Shown here: positions 29,988-39,672 of the stretch, in pieces
How the letters are laid out: each line of letters starts with the position of its first letter
Numbering within the stretch: the stretch's first letter is position 1
Position numbers and translations under genes: made by a program
Notes under the pieces: generated by a model
What the model was told of the DNA's origin: nothing
The model's input: only the letters and a program-made list of their open reading frames with translations
The model's database searches: none
Source: Candidatus Poribacteria bacterium
GTDB lineage: Bacteria > Poribacteria > WGA-4E > GCA-2687025
Length of the DNA: 64,000 nt
Direction of reading: 5' to 3'
Assembly (NCBI GenBank): GCA_963665845.2
Contig: OY762492.1
Span: forward strand, 2,016,001 to 2,080,000

Positions 29988-30155
29988 CTGACCTCATGTC
30001 TTTAGTGGGGACATGTCGGCATGGAAACGCGGACGGTTTCGGGGTGGACTCTGGATTCCCGCTTACGCGGGAATGACGACCAGGTTGATGACGCTTTTTT
30101 CCCATGAATAGAGAGGTCATTCGTTCAAATGTCCCAACTTTCGGCGTGAGGTCGG
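29988..30155. mobile_element. MITE family A, full length (168 bp)
   Basis: Both TIRs present; flanked by direct repeat GTTTGA. Confidence 0.85.
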
Positions 30156-30199
30156 GTTTGAGGTTTTTTATATACGGCAGTTTCCATACGCATCCGCCG

Positions 30200-31345
30200 T
30201 TACCGCGACGCCTTCACCCCGCCGCCGGTCTGCGCGCGCGACGCCTCCGCCTCAACCGCCGCCTGATTCACCATCGTGATGTCCCCTGGCGTTTCCTGAA
30301 CCAAAATGCCATGCGCCGCGCCCCAGTTCACCGCCGTTTGCAGGTCTTTGCCTTTCAACAAGCCCGCCAGAACGCCCGACGCAAACGAATCGCCGCCGCC
30401 CGTTCTGTCCCGTATCGGTATGCGCGGGCGCAGCGCCGCCGTATGCCACTCATCCTCCAGCGCGTCGTAGAGCGTCGCGCCCCAGCTCACATTGTCGGCG
30501 TTGTGCGCGCCGCGCCACTGCGCGCCGATGAGGCTCATGTTTGGAAAATCGGCGGCGACCCGCTTGATCGTTTCCTGATACGGCGGGAGCCACTCTTCAA
30601 ACGGCGCGCCCTTCTCCACCTCCGTGTCGTATCCGAGAGCGTCGCTCAAGTCCGAATCGTTGCCGACCAGCATGCCCAGATACGGCGCGAGGCGTTGGTT
30701 GATGGCGCGCGCCCGCTCCTTGTTCGGTTCCACTTTAGAGCGGTAGTTCAGATCCGCGCAGACGAAGACGCCATGCTCCGCCGCCTTTTGCGCCGCTTCG
30801 ACAGCTAAATCCGCGGTGCGCGGTCCGATCAGCGTCAAGATTCCGCCCGTGTTGAAGACGCGGACGCCGCGCTCTCCAAACAGTTCGTCAAAATCGAAGT
30901 CGCCCGGCTTCATCTGCGCCGCCGCCGAGTGCGCCCTGTAGTAGGTTGTGTGAGACGGGAGCGCGCCCGCGCCGACATAGGTGAAATTGATGCCGTTGTG
31001 GAGACTTCCCTTCGCGTCGGTCGAGTAGGAGGAGCCATCGTTGCGCGTGTTCCACCAGAGAATGTTGGAGACATCGACGCCCGCTTCGCGCAGCTGGTTC
31101 CGTATGTTTTCGCCGACAGGGTCGTCCACCAGCGCCGTCAGGACAGCGGAGCGCAAGCCGAACGTATGCGCCAGTCCGCAGGCGATGTTCGTTTCGCCGC
31201 CGCCCTGGAAAGTGCGCAGGTTGTCGCGCGCCCTCGCCGTCGGGACGTCGCGCGGATCGATGCGCAGCATCACTTCGCCGAGAGACGCGCCGTCGTAGTC
31301 GCATCCGCTCGTTTTGATCTGTTTGTAGGTGATGACGTTTGCCAT
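30200..31345 (-). CDS. PfkB-family sugar kinase (KDG kinase-like)
   Basis: LGEVMLR, GGGETN, DLNYR and DRTGGGDSF. Confidence 0.88.
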   Translation of the reverse strand: MANVITYKQIKTSGCDYDGASLGEVMLRIDPRDVPTARARDNLRTFQGGGETNIACGLAHTFGLRSAVLTALVDDPVGENIRNQLREAGVDVSNILWWNTRNDGSSYSTDAKGSLHNGINFTYVGAGALPSHTTYYRAHSAAAQMKPGDFDFDELFGERGVRVFNTGGILTLIGPRTADLAVEAAQKAAEHGVFVCADLNYRSKVEPNKERARAINQRLAPYLGMLVGNDSDLSDALGYDTEVEKGAPFEEWLPPYQETIKRVAADFPNMSLIGAQWRGAHNADNVSWGATLYDALEDEWHTAALRPRIPIRDRTGGGDSFASGVLAGLLKGKDLQTAVNWGAAHGILVQETPGDITMVNQAAVEAEASRAQTGGGVKASR

Positions 31346-31358
31346 GCCTCTCCTTCCG

Positions 31359-32270
31359 CTAAGTTCTCCATGCGCTCAGGTCGCAGCCGAGAAGCGCTTC
31401 AAGACGGCGCGTTTCAGGCTCCATTTCGCTTATGAGCCACTCCCGCGTCGCGTCGTTCATCGGCGGTCGGGGCGTTTCCCGCGTGTTCATATGAAACAGG
31501 CGCGCCTGAACCGTTCTTCCAAAACGCTGAACAGGTTTTGGCAACCGCCGAAAAACGTCCGCCGCCCAGCGCGGAGGCGAAATCAAACGCCGCTGAAACG
31601 AGGCGCTGCGCGTCCGCGCGTTTGGATTTGCCCGTTCAAAAGAAGGCGCAAACTGCTCGTCCACGCCCAGAAAACGCAGCGCGCCGCGGTACACTTCAGC
31701 CGTCTTGACGCAAAAATCGTCAAACAGCGCCACATGCGTCCGCTCTCTGCCGAAGGCGTCAAAATACCGCTCCAGCTGCTCCGCATACCGCGCCACCTCC
31801 GTATAGTACAGGCACGCTTCTGGGTAAGGGAGCCAGTTCGGGAGACGCTTGCCGCGTTTGCGGTCCGCCTCGGCGTCCAGCGCCTCTTCAAAGCTTTCGA
31901 TCTCTTCCAGCCCGTGCGTCAGCAGCTGGCTATGGTAGGAGTACAGCATCTCCGCCGGGCTGCGCAGCAGTACGAGTATGCGCGCTTCCGGCGAAAAGGC
32001 GCGCAGCTCCTGCGCCGCCCGCTTTGAGTAAAGATACATCACCCATGACGCGCCGACCATGCGTCCGCCCGCCTCTTTAAAATGATCGTTGTACGCCCCG
32101 CCGCTCAACGCCATGCCAGGGCGCTGATCCGTCAGGTCGGTGGCGAGATACGGCAGCTCCTTGCGCCGCGGCATATACAGCTGCGGATGCGCCTGAAGGT
32201 AGCGGTGAAGCGAGGTGGTGCCGCACTTCGGCGCGCCGACAATGAAAAAGTCCGGGGCGCGTACGCTCAA
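31359..32270 (-). CDS. PAPS-dependent sulfotransferase
   Basis: PDFFIVGAPKCGTTSL (5'-PSB) and LLRSP...YS (3'-PB); TTG start overlapping upstream TGA. Confidence 0.88.
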   Translation of the reverse strand: MSVRAPDFFIVGAPKCGTTSLHRYLQAHPQLYMPRRKELPYLATDLTDQRPGMALSGGAYNDHFKEAGGRMVGASWVMYLYSKRAAQELRAFSPEARILVLLRSPAEMLYSYHSQLLTHGLEEIESFEEALDAEADRKRGKRLPNWLPYPEACLYYTEVARYAEQLERYFDAFGRERTHVALFDDFCVKTAEVYRGALRFLGVDEQFAPSFERANPNARTRSASFQRRLISPPRWAADVFRRLPKPVQRFGRTVQARLFHMNTRETPRPPMNDATREWLISEMEPETRRLEALLGCDLSAWRT

Positions 32271-33334
32271 CCGTTTCCGCCAAACGCATAGACGGGCGAC
32301 TCTTGCCACGCTACATCCAACTTGGACAAACCCTCCTGGATGAGCCGCGTCTCCCGCTCCAACGACCCTTCGCCCGACACGATCGCGTCCAGATCCTCCC
32401 GCAGAAGACCCCAAGCGTCGTTCTCCGCCTCCACCGGTATGAACCGCATGCGTATCGGCGCCTCCTTGTTTCCCGACAGAGCTAGGTTCGCCTTCTCGCG
32501 CTCCGCGTTGTCTTTCGGCGAATCGCCGACCATCGTCAAGACGTCGTATTGCGCCGATCTGTTCTCCAAGAGCGGGCGTTTTAACTCAATCGCCGCTTCC
32601 AGCTCCTCCCGTTCAATGGGTCCGATCATCATCGTCGCCAGCGCGTGGCTTTTCCGCCCCGCCTGTTGACCCCAGAGCGCCTCTAGGCAGTCCGCGATGC
32701 CGTATCTCTCCGCCATCGTTTCGATGTGGCTCTGCGGCGTCCCGGACACGATGGCGTAATCGACGCCGCGGGCGTAACCTTCCTGTATCGCGGCGACAGC
32801 GTTCGGAAAGGCGCGCATATGGGCGGTCGCTTCGGGGACGAGCGCGTTCACCCGCCCCGACCATTCCAACACCGACGAAAGCTCCGCAAACGCCTCCTCC
32901 GCCGACTCCCCCTTTTCCAAAACAGGCGCGGCGTCGCCATTCTCGATAAACGACGACAGCGCCTCCGGCGAGAGAGCCGAGGTGAACGACGCCCAGCGGC
33001 GCAGATATTTGAAATCGGGCGCGCTCAAACCAAGCGACGAAGCGGCGCGCGTTGAGTTCACAATGTCCGCCCACTTGTAAAGCGTCACAAAACGGGAGAC
33101 GCCCCTGTCCATCGAGAAAAAGTTGACGTACATCCACGCTTTCATGGCGACATTCTGTATCGGCTGAAGCCCGTAATGGCAGACCGACGCGGCGCCGAAC
33201 GCAAGCAGATGCTTCTCCATGCCCATGTCGACGCACCCGTCCAGATCGACGCCGAAGCCGACGCGCCGCCCGTTCACGGTACGCCCGGACGGCTTGAAGT
33301 CTTGAAACTGCGTAACGTAGCTGTCCGCCGCCAT
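32267..33334 (-). CDS. HAD-superfamily hydrolase-like protein
   Basis: GVDLDGCV (DxD), IVSGT, K and MVGDSPKD. Confidence 0.75.
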   Translation of the reverse strand: MAADSYVTQFQDFKPSGRTVNGRRVGFGVDLDGCVDMGMEKHLLAFGAASVCHYGLQPIQNVAMKAWMYVNFFSMDRGVSRFVTLYKWADIVNSTRAASSLGLSAPDFKYLRRWASFTSALSPEALSSFIENGDAAPVLEKGESAEEAFAELSSVLEWSGRVNALVPEATAHMRAFPNAVAAIQEGYARGVDYAIVSGTPQSHIETMAERYGIADCLEALWGQQAGRKSHALATMMIGPIEREELEAAIELKRPLLENRSAQYDVLTMVGDSPKDNAEREKANLALSGNKEAPIRMRFIPVEAENDAWGLLREDLDAIVSGEGSLERETRLIQEGLSKLDVAWQESPVYAFGGNG

Positions 33335-34801
33335 TTATCCGCTCCGTTCTTCTGGTCGATCCGTTTCCTGCCAGCGCGTGTGGTAGCTGCCTTCTTTGTC
33401 GGTACGCTCATAGGTGTGCGCGCCGAAGTAGTCGCGCTGCCCCTGCGTCAGATTGGTCGGCAGGGAGTCGCTTGTCAGCTGCAGCAGGAAGTTTTTTGAG
33501 GCGTCAAACGCCGTGAGCGGAATGCGCAGGCGCGTCCCGGCGGCGCAGACCCGTTCAAGGCTGTCGAACCCGTCCTGAACCGCCTCCCGAAACAGCGGCG
33601 CCGAGATGAGCGTCGGCAGATCGGGGTCGGCGCGGTACGCTTCCGTGATGTCGTCTAAAAAACGGGCGCGGATGATGCATCCCGCTCTCCAGATGCGCGC
33701 GATCTCGGCGATGTCCAAGCCGCCGAAATCCTGTTCTTCTGACGCTCTCTGCATGAGTCCGATCCCCTGCGTGTAGGAGGAGATTTTGGAGATGTACAGC
33801 GCCTTTTCAAGATCGTCGATCATCGCGCCGCTGCCGCCGTCCCAGTTTCCGCGCGGTATCGGCAGCTCGCGCGCCGTCTGGACGCGCAGATCGCGCATGG
33901 AGGAGACGGCGCGCGTCTCGACCGCGGCGTAAATCGTCGGAACCGGATAGACGCCCGATTCAAACTCCAGCGAATTGGCGATCGTCCATGTCCCCGTGCC
34001 TTTCATGCGCGCCCTGTCCAGGATATGGTCGACCAGATGCCCCTCGCCGCTGGAGTCCGGCTGGCGCAGTATCTCCGCCGTGATCTCGATCAGGTACGAC
34101 TGAAGAGCGCCTTCGTTCCAACGGGCGAACACATCCCCGATCTGCGGGGCGGACATGCCGAGTCCCTTGCGCATGAAGTCGTACGTTTCGGCAATCAGCT
34201 CCATGTCGCCGTATTCGATGCCGTTGTGAACCATTTTGACGAAGTGGCCGGCGCCGCGCTGTCCGATATAGGCGACGCAGGGGGAGCCGTCCGACGCCTT
34301 TGCCGCGACCGCTTCCAGCGCGTCTTTCAGGCGGGCGTCGTAGACCGCGCGGGAGGGTCCGCCGGGCATCATGGAGGGACCGTATCGGGCGCCTTCTTCT
34401 CCTCCGGAGACGCCCATGCCGAAGAAGTCGAGCCGCCCGTCATACTCCGCGCACATCTCTTCGGTGATTTTCCAGCTCTCGTTCGCGCAGTTGACGACGA
34501 CGGCGCCGCGATCCAGCAGCGGCGTCAAATGCGACAGCGCCTCGCGCGTCGCGCCCGCCTGAACCATAACGAAATAGGCGCCGTCCGGTCCGACAAGATC
34601 CACGAGGCGGCCGACCTCGCCGATGACGGGATGAAGCCGTTTTTTGTGCGGCGCGCCGTCGGGGACGGCGTCGTACGCCGCTTGAGTGCGCGCGTCGGTG
34701 CGGTTAAAAAGGGCGATATCGAAGCCGTTGTCGGCAAAGTTCTGGGCAAAGTTGCTGCCCATGACAGCCATGCCGATCATTGCCATGCGGGGACGAGCCA
34801 T
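33335..34801 (-). CDS. gndA: 6-phosphogluconate dehydrogenase, decarboxylating
   Basis: GMAVMG, VSGGEEGAR, KMVHNGIEY, KGTG and QRDYFGAHTY. Confidence 0.97.
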   Translation of the reverse strand: MARPRMAMIGMAVMGSNFAQNFADNGFDIALFNRTDARTQAAYDAVPDGAPHKKRLHPVIGEVGRLVDLVGPDGAYFVMVQAGATREALSHLTPLLDRGAVVVNCANESWKITEEMCAEYDGRLDFFGMGVSGGEEGARYGPSMMPGGPSRAVYDARLKDALEAVAAKASDGSPCVAYIGQRGAGHFVKMVHNGIEYGDMELIAETYDFMRKGLGMSAPQIGDVFARWNEGALQSYLIEITAEILRQPDSSGEGHLVDHILDRARMKGTGTWTIANSLEFESGVYPVPTIYAAVETRAVSSMRDLRVQTARELPIPRGNWDGGSGAMIDDLEKALYISKISSYTQGIGLMQRASEEQDFGGLDIAEIARIWRAGCIIRARFLDDITEAYRADPDLPTLISAPLFREAVQDGFDSLERVCAAGTRLRIPLTAFDASKNFLLQLTSDSLPTNLTQGQRDYFGAHTYERTDKEGSYHTRWQETDRPEERSG

Positions 34802-34874
34802 AACGAAAACTCCCTTCGTCAAAACCTGCTGAACAGCATAACGCATGCGCCGCATGAGCGCAACCGTTCCACGC

Positions 34875-35028
34875 CCCCATCGCGTCATTCCCGCGTAAGC
34901 GGGAATCTTAAGGCGCCGCAGCCGCCGCGCCCGTCCTTTAAACCCCCCATCGCGTCATTCCCGCGCAAGCGGGAATCTTAAGGCGCCGCAGCCGCCGCGC
35001 CCGTCCTTGCGGTAAACGCGCGGGAATC
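34875..35028. repeat. Tandem ~70-bp duplication of palindrome-containing module
   Basis: CCCCATCGCGTCATTCCCGCG..CCCGTCCTT present twice, followed by a half palindrome. Confidence 0.85.
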
Positions 35029-35125
35029 TGAGAGGCTTGCGATCAGAAAGTTGCAGCGCGGTCAAAACCTATGGTACAATGGCGATACGGCTTGAGAGAA
35101 GTTTTTGGGCGCGTCGGCATGAAAG

Positions 35126-35293
35126 CTGACCTCATGCTGAAAGTCGGGACATTTGAACGAATGATCGCTCTATTCATGGGAAAAAAGCGTCATCAACCAG
35201 GTCGTCATTCCCGCGTAAGCGGGAATCTAGAGGCGCCGCAGAAGACGTCCGCGTTCGCATGCCGACATGTCCCAACTTTAGGAATGAGGTCAG
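35126..35293. mobile_element. MITE family A, full length (168 bp)
   Basis: Both TIRs present; flanks ATGAAAG / ATGAAAA. Confidence 0.85.
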
Positions 35294-35307
35294 ATGAAAA
35301 GTGTTGA

Positions 35308-36047
35308 CGCGTTTCGGACCGCCGGCTAACGCTGACGGCGCCGCGCTGGTCGCCCAACGGGCAGTGGCTTGTGTGCCGCGGCTCCTCCGGCGACGGCAGG
35401 GTCAAGCCGCTGGACATCTACAAGTTGAACGTTTCGTCTGCCAAAGTCGTCAACTTGACAAGATCGCCGAATGAAAACGACGATTGGCCCTCATTTTCGC
35501 CGGACGGCAAGAAGATTCTGTTCTCCTCCGCTCGCGGCGATCAGGACAACAGAGTTTCGGACATCTATATCATGGACGCCGACGGACGAAACGAAGTGAA
35601 CCTGACAAACCATCCAGCCGGCGATTCCACACCGGAATGGTCTCCGGACGGCAAGAGAATCGCGTTCAAATCCTCTCCTAGGATTCGGTCCAACGAGGAG
35701 AAGGGGCATGACATCTATCTCATGAACGCGGACGGGTCGGAGGTGGAGCGGCTCACAACCGACGCGCGCTGGAAGACCGTGCGGAGCTGGTCTCCGGACA
35801 GCAAATGGATTTTGACCGGCATTCAGCTTCCTTGGGACGACAATCGGTATCAGATTCACCGCGTCCATGTGGAGACGAAACAGATTGTCAAGATCACGCG
35901 CGCCGATGAGTTCGTCTTCAGCGAGTTGGGTTTTGGCGGGCAAGGGCCGCTTCCTCTCCATTGATCCGGCGGGTAAAAAAAGCGGAATGGGGAGCGTTGA
36001 AAGCGGCGGACCGTAGCGATAATCAAACTCCGCAAGACGGCGACTAA
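35308..36047 (+). pseudogene. 5'-truncated, doubly frameshifted PD40 paralog
   Basis: WSPNG/FSPDG repeats without signal peptide; WVLAGKGRFLSIDPAGK and AEWGALK lie in shifted frames. Confidence 0.8.
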
Positions 36048-36146
36048 TGCGCAGAAAGGCATAGCGGGCGCTTGACATCTCCCCCCGTATGAGCGACGAT
36101 ACAGCGACTTTTCCAAAACGGAGTATGCCGCAAGGAGCATGGCATG
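35936..36146 (+). repeat. ~210-bp direct repeat copy 1 (gene 3' end, intergenic region with TTGACA, RBS)
   Basis: Highly similar to 37146-37358. Confidence 0.9.
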
Positions 36147-37259
36147 GCCTTCTCCGCCTTCACAAAATCCTTGGCAGCGTTCGCGGCTGTCGTCTTCTCG
36201 CTTCTGCTGTGCGCGTCCGCGCCGGCAAGAGACTTTGTCCCAAAGGAAGATGTGACGAAACTGGAAAAGCCGACCATCTGCGTAAAGCGGGGAAACACGC
36301 TTCGACTCATCGACTGGGACGGCCAAAACGAGAGGGTCTGGATGACCGGGGAATTCAACCTTCCGGCAAGATTCAGCAGGGATGGCAAGCGCGCCTCTTT
36401 CATCGCCAGTACGGAGGATTTCGGTTGGTACACGCTGTTCATCCTGGAGCTGGAAACCGGGCGTCTGATCAACATGACGGAGCGCCTTAACAAAAAAGGA
36501 TATGAGCATATCTACATCCCATTCGCTGTGTGGTTTCCAGACGGGAGGCGTCTTGCATGCAGCGTCAACGACAGAAACAACCCGATCCCTGAGTATTCCG
36601 ACATCTATGCGTTGGATATCCGCGACGCGACGCTGGAGCAGCTCACCAACACGCCGCTTCAGGATGATATTTGGGCGTCCGTCTCTAGAGACGGCAAGAA
36701 GATCGTCTACAATTCCAATATCAGCGAAAAGGAGAGATCTGCGCTCGGTCTCATTGAAGATTACTGGCCTCACCATCTTTATACGATGAACGCCGACGGC
36801 TCCAAAGTCGTGAATCTGACGTACAGCCCCGCAACCGAGAGATTGCCTGAATGGTCGCCGGACGGCAAGAAGATCGCGTTCTTTGCGTTCGACCGCAAGG
36901 AGCAGGAAGGAGAGATACGCGCAACCGACCTTTTTATGATGGACCCAGACGGTTCCAATGTTGAGCGTCTCACATCCCGCAAAGACGGAAGGCGGGCAAG
37001 AGTCAGCGACTGGTCGGCGGACAGCAAGTGGATTCTGTTCAATATGACTCAAGACGACAACTCGCCGTACGAACTTTACCGCATTCATATAAATACGCGG
37101 GAGATCGTGCGCATTTCCATAGGCGGCTCCGCGAGGTGGGTTCATGCGGGCAAGAGCCGCTTCCTCTCCGTCAACCCTGCCGATAAAAAAAAAGCGGAAT
37201 GGGGAGCGTTGAAAGCGGCGGACCGTAGCGAAAAACCAACTCCGCAAGACGGCGACTAA
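36144..37259 (+). CDS. Secreted PD40/TolB-like beta-propeller
   Basis: Signal peptide, EDVTKLEKPTI, WSPDG repeats, C-terminal SVNPADKKKAEWGALK. Confidence 0.9.
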   Translation: MAFSAFTKSLAAFAAVVFSLLLCASAPARDFVPKEDVTKLEKPTICVKRGNTLRLIDWDGQNERVWMTGEFNLPARFSRDGKRASFIASTEDFGWYTLFILELETGRLINMTERLNKKGYEHIYIPFAVWFPDGRRLACSVNDRNNPIPEYSDIYALDIRDATLEQLTNTPLQDDIWASVSRDGKKIVYNSNISEKERSALGLIEDYWPHHLYTMNADGSKVVNLTYSPATERLPEWSPDGKKIAFFAFDRKEQEGEIRATDLFMMDPDGSNVERLTSRKDGRRARVSDWSADSKWILFNMTQDDNSPYELYRIHINTREIVRISIGGSARWVHAGKSRFLSVNPADKKKAEWGALKAADRSEKPTPQDGD

Positions 37260-37358
37260 TGCGCAGAAAGGCATAGCGGGCGCTTGACATCTCCTCCCGT
37301 ATGAGCGACGATACAGCGACTTTTCCAAAACGGAGTATGCCGCAAGGAGCATGACATG
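37146..37358 (+). repeat. ~210-bp direct repeat copy 2
   Basis: Highly similar to 35936-36146; TTGACA at 37284. Confidence 0.9.
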
Positions 37359-38462
37359 ACGTCTATTGCCTTCTCAAATCTTCGCGCAGTTCTTGCCGCG
37401 GCTGTCTTCGTCGCTCTCTTGAGCGCGCCGTACCTTCATGCCGACCTCAAACCGATGGAGGATGTGGCGAAACTGACAAAGCCGACCGTCTGTTATGCCG
37501 GCGAAGAAGGGCTGTACCTCGTCGACTGGGACGGACAAAACAACAGGCTCTGGATCGAAGGCGTCTTCGGTCTCGCCCCTGAATGGAGCCGAGACGGTCG
37601 GCGCGCCTCCATCATCGCCGGCCGCAGCTACTTCCATTATATCCTGGACATTCAAACAGGGCGCTTGACAAACATGACGAAGCGGCTGGACGAGAAAGGC
37701 GTCCGCGCCGATACGTATTACTACACGGGCGCATGGTGGTTTCCAGACGGAAAACGACTCGCGTGCCGAGGATACGATGTGCATGACGGCTCAAGCCTTG
37801 CCGATGTCTATATTCTAGACATCAATAAGCTGACGTTCGACAACGTGAAACAAACGCCGACAGCGCAGGAAGCATGGATTTCGGTGTCTCCCGACGGGGA
37901 GAAGATTGCGTTCCATGCAAGTTACAACGCCCAAGACGACAAGTTCGACACAGAATCTCAGCAGGATCTGTTTGTCATGGACGCGGACGGCTCCAATGTT
38001 GTGAACTTAACAAACAGCCCCGCATACGAGAGAAACCCTGAATGGTCGCCGGACGGAAAGAAGATCGCCTTTGAAGCGGCGAAACGCCCCGAGCAGCTCA
38101 AGACCGGAATCAGAGGAGTGGACGTCTATGTGATGGACGCGGACGGCTCCAACGTTGAGCGGCTGACGACCCATGAAATTGGGAAATGGAAATCGCCAGG
38201 GACCTGGTCGCCAGACAGCAAGTGGATTCTGTTCGACATGCAGGTAGACCGCGGGCCGTACGACATCTACCGCGTTCATGTGGATACGAAAGAGGTTGTT
38301 CAAATCACACATGGGGCTGGCGGCGGTTCTCCCACATGGGTTCATGCGGGCAAGAGCCGCTTCCTCTCTGTTGATCCAGCGGGTAAAAAAAAAGCGCAGT
38401 GGGGAGCGGTGAAAAAAGCGGACAGCAGCCCGAATAGTCCAACTTCGCAAGACGGCGAATGA
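37356..38462 (+). CDS. Secreted PD40/TolB-like beta-propeller
   Basis: Paralog; C-terminal SVDPAGKKKAQWGAVK. Confidence 0.9.
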   Translation: MTSIAFSNLRAVLAAAVFVALLSAPYLHADLKPMEDVAKLTKPTVCYAGEEGLYLVDWDGQNNRLWIEGVFGLAPEWSRDGRRASIIAGRSYFHYILDIQTGRLTNMTKRLDEKGVRADTYYYTGAWWFPDGKRLACRGYDVHDGSSLADVYILDINKLTFDNVKQTPTAQEAWISVSPDGEKIAFHASYNAQDDKFDTESQQDLFVMDADGSNVVNLTNSPAYERNPEWSPDGKKIAFEAAKRPEQLKTGIRGVDVYVMDADGSNVERLTTHEIGKWKSPGTWSPDSKWILFDMQVDRGPYDIYRVHVDTKEVVQITHGAGGGSPTWVHAGKSRFLSVDPAGKKKAQWGAVKKADSSPNSPTSQDGE

Positions 38463-38487
38463 CGCGCTCAAATGAAAGGAGGCGCGC

Positions 38488-39588
38488 ATGCGGCGCGTCC
38501 GACGTTTCATTTGTCTGGGAATAACGCTGGCGGCTTTGCTTTTGATCGGCTCGCCGCCGGCTCTTCCCGACGGTCCGCCTCTTCCGAAGATACTCGAAGA
38601 CGTGACGAAACTTGAGAAGCCGACCATCTCATACGAAAGACGCGCGGCAGACGATCCGTACATAGAAGAGATTCGGCTGGTGGATCTGGACGGGCAAAAC
38701 GACCGGCTCTGGATGCGCGGAACTAGAGAGGTCGGGTTGTCTGGCGCGCCGAAATGGTCGCTGGACGGAAAACGGACGGCGGTTGTCGCGATCGATTCCA
38801 TTAAAGGAGTCTATGCGCCGTACATCCTTGATTTAGAAAAGGGGAAAGAAACGAGCCTCTATGACCTGCTTCCGCGCGATTTGGATTTTATCCATCTCAA
38901 TTGGTCGCCGGACGGCAGATGGCTTGCGATGGCAGGCACGGCGCGCATTGGACGCGGCTCCGACATCTACAAACTGCGCGTTGACACCGGCAGGTTGGTC
39001 AATTTGACTCGTAAGCGGTCCGCTTCCAACTGGCGCCCCAACTGGTCGCCGGACGGTAAAAAGATCGCGTTTGACGCTACCACGGAGTTGTACCGGGACA
39101 TCTACACGATCGACGCGGCGGACGGCAAAAACCGCGTCAAGCTGACGAATATGCCGCTTTCCTCAGAGCCGGCGGTTTGGTCGCCGGACGGGAAATGGAT
39201 CGCGTTTCAGTCTTATCTGCCGGAGGCTCCCTTCAGCGAAACCCCTGATTCTGCGGAGATGTATGTGATGCGTCCTGACGGCTCCAACGTTCAGCGACTC
39301 ACCTTCAACGACACTGGAGATTTTCCGAAGTGTTGGTCGCCGGACAGCAAATGGCTTGTTTACAGTCACTACTCTCGTCAAGCGGACGGCGGGCGTCTTG
39401 GCGGGCTGTACCGCATGCACATTGAGACGAAGGAGATTCGTCTCATCAAGCAAGGCGTTGCAGCAATCAATGCAACATGGGTCTTGGCGGGCAAGAGCCG
39501 CTTCCTCTCCGTTGACCCTGCCGGTAAAAAAAAGGCGGAATGGGGAGCGTTGAAAGCGGCGGAGGCGCCCGATGCGCCCGATGAATGA
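38488..39588 (+). CDS. Secreted PD40/TolB-like beta-propeller
   Basis: Paralog; AAGGAGG RBS; C-terminal SVDPAGKKKAEWGALK. Confidence 0.9.
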   Translation: MRRVRRFICLGITLAALLLIGSPPALPDGPPLPKILEDVTKLEKPTISYERRAADDPYIEEIRLVDLDGQNDRLWMRGTREVGLSGAPKWSLDGKRTAVVAIDSIKGVYAPYILDLEKGKETSLYDLLPRDLDFIHLNWSPDGRWLAMAGTARIGRGSDIYKLRVDTGRLVNLTRKRSASNWRPNWSPDGKKIAFDATTELYRDIYTIDAADGKNRVKLTNMPLSSEPAVWSPDGKWIAFQSYLPEAPFSETPDSAEMYVMRPDGSNVQRLTFNDTGDFPKCWSPDSKWLVYSHYSRQADGGRLGGLYRMHIETKEIRLIKQGVAAINATWVLAGKSRFLSVDPAGKKKAEWGALKAAEAPDAPDE

Positions 39589-39672
39589 CGCGCGGCGTCG
39601 GCGTCTTTCCCTTGCGTTTTCATGGGCGCGGCTCTACAATCGCTTCCAAAACGGCAGCGGAGAGGTTTGCGG

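Noticed and set aside
35936-37358. 210-bp direct repeat as a DGR TR/VR pair or att sites
   Set aside because: Differences are not adenine-specific and no RT or integrase is present; it is explained by the tandem paralog array.
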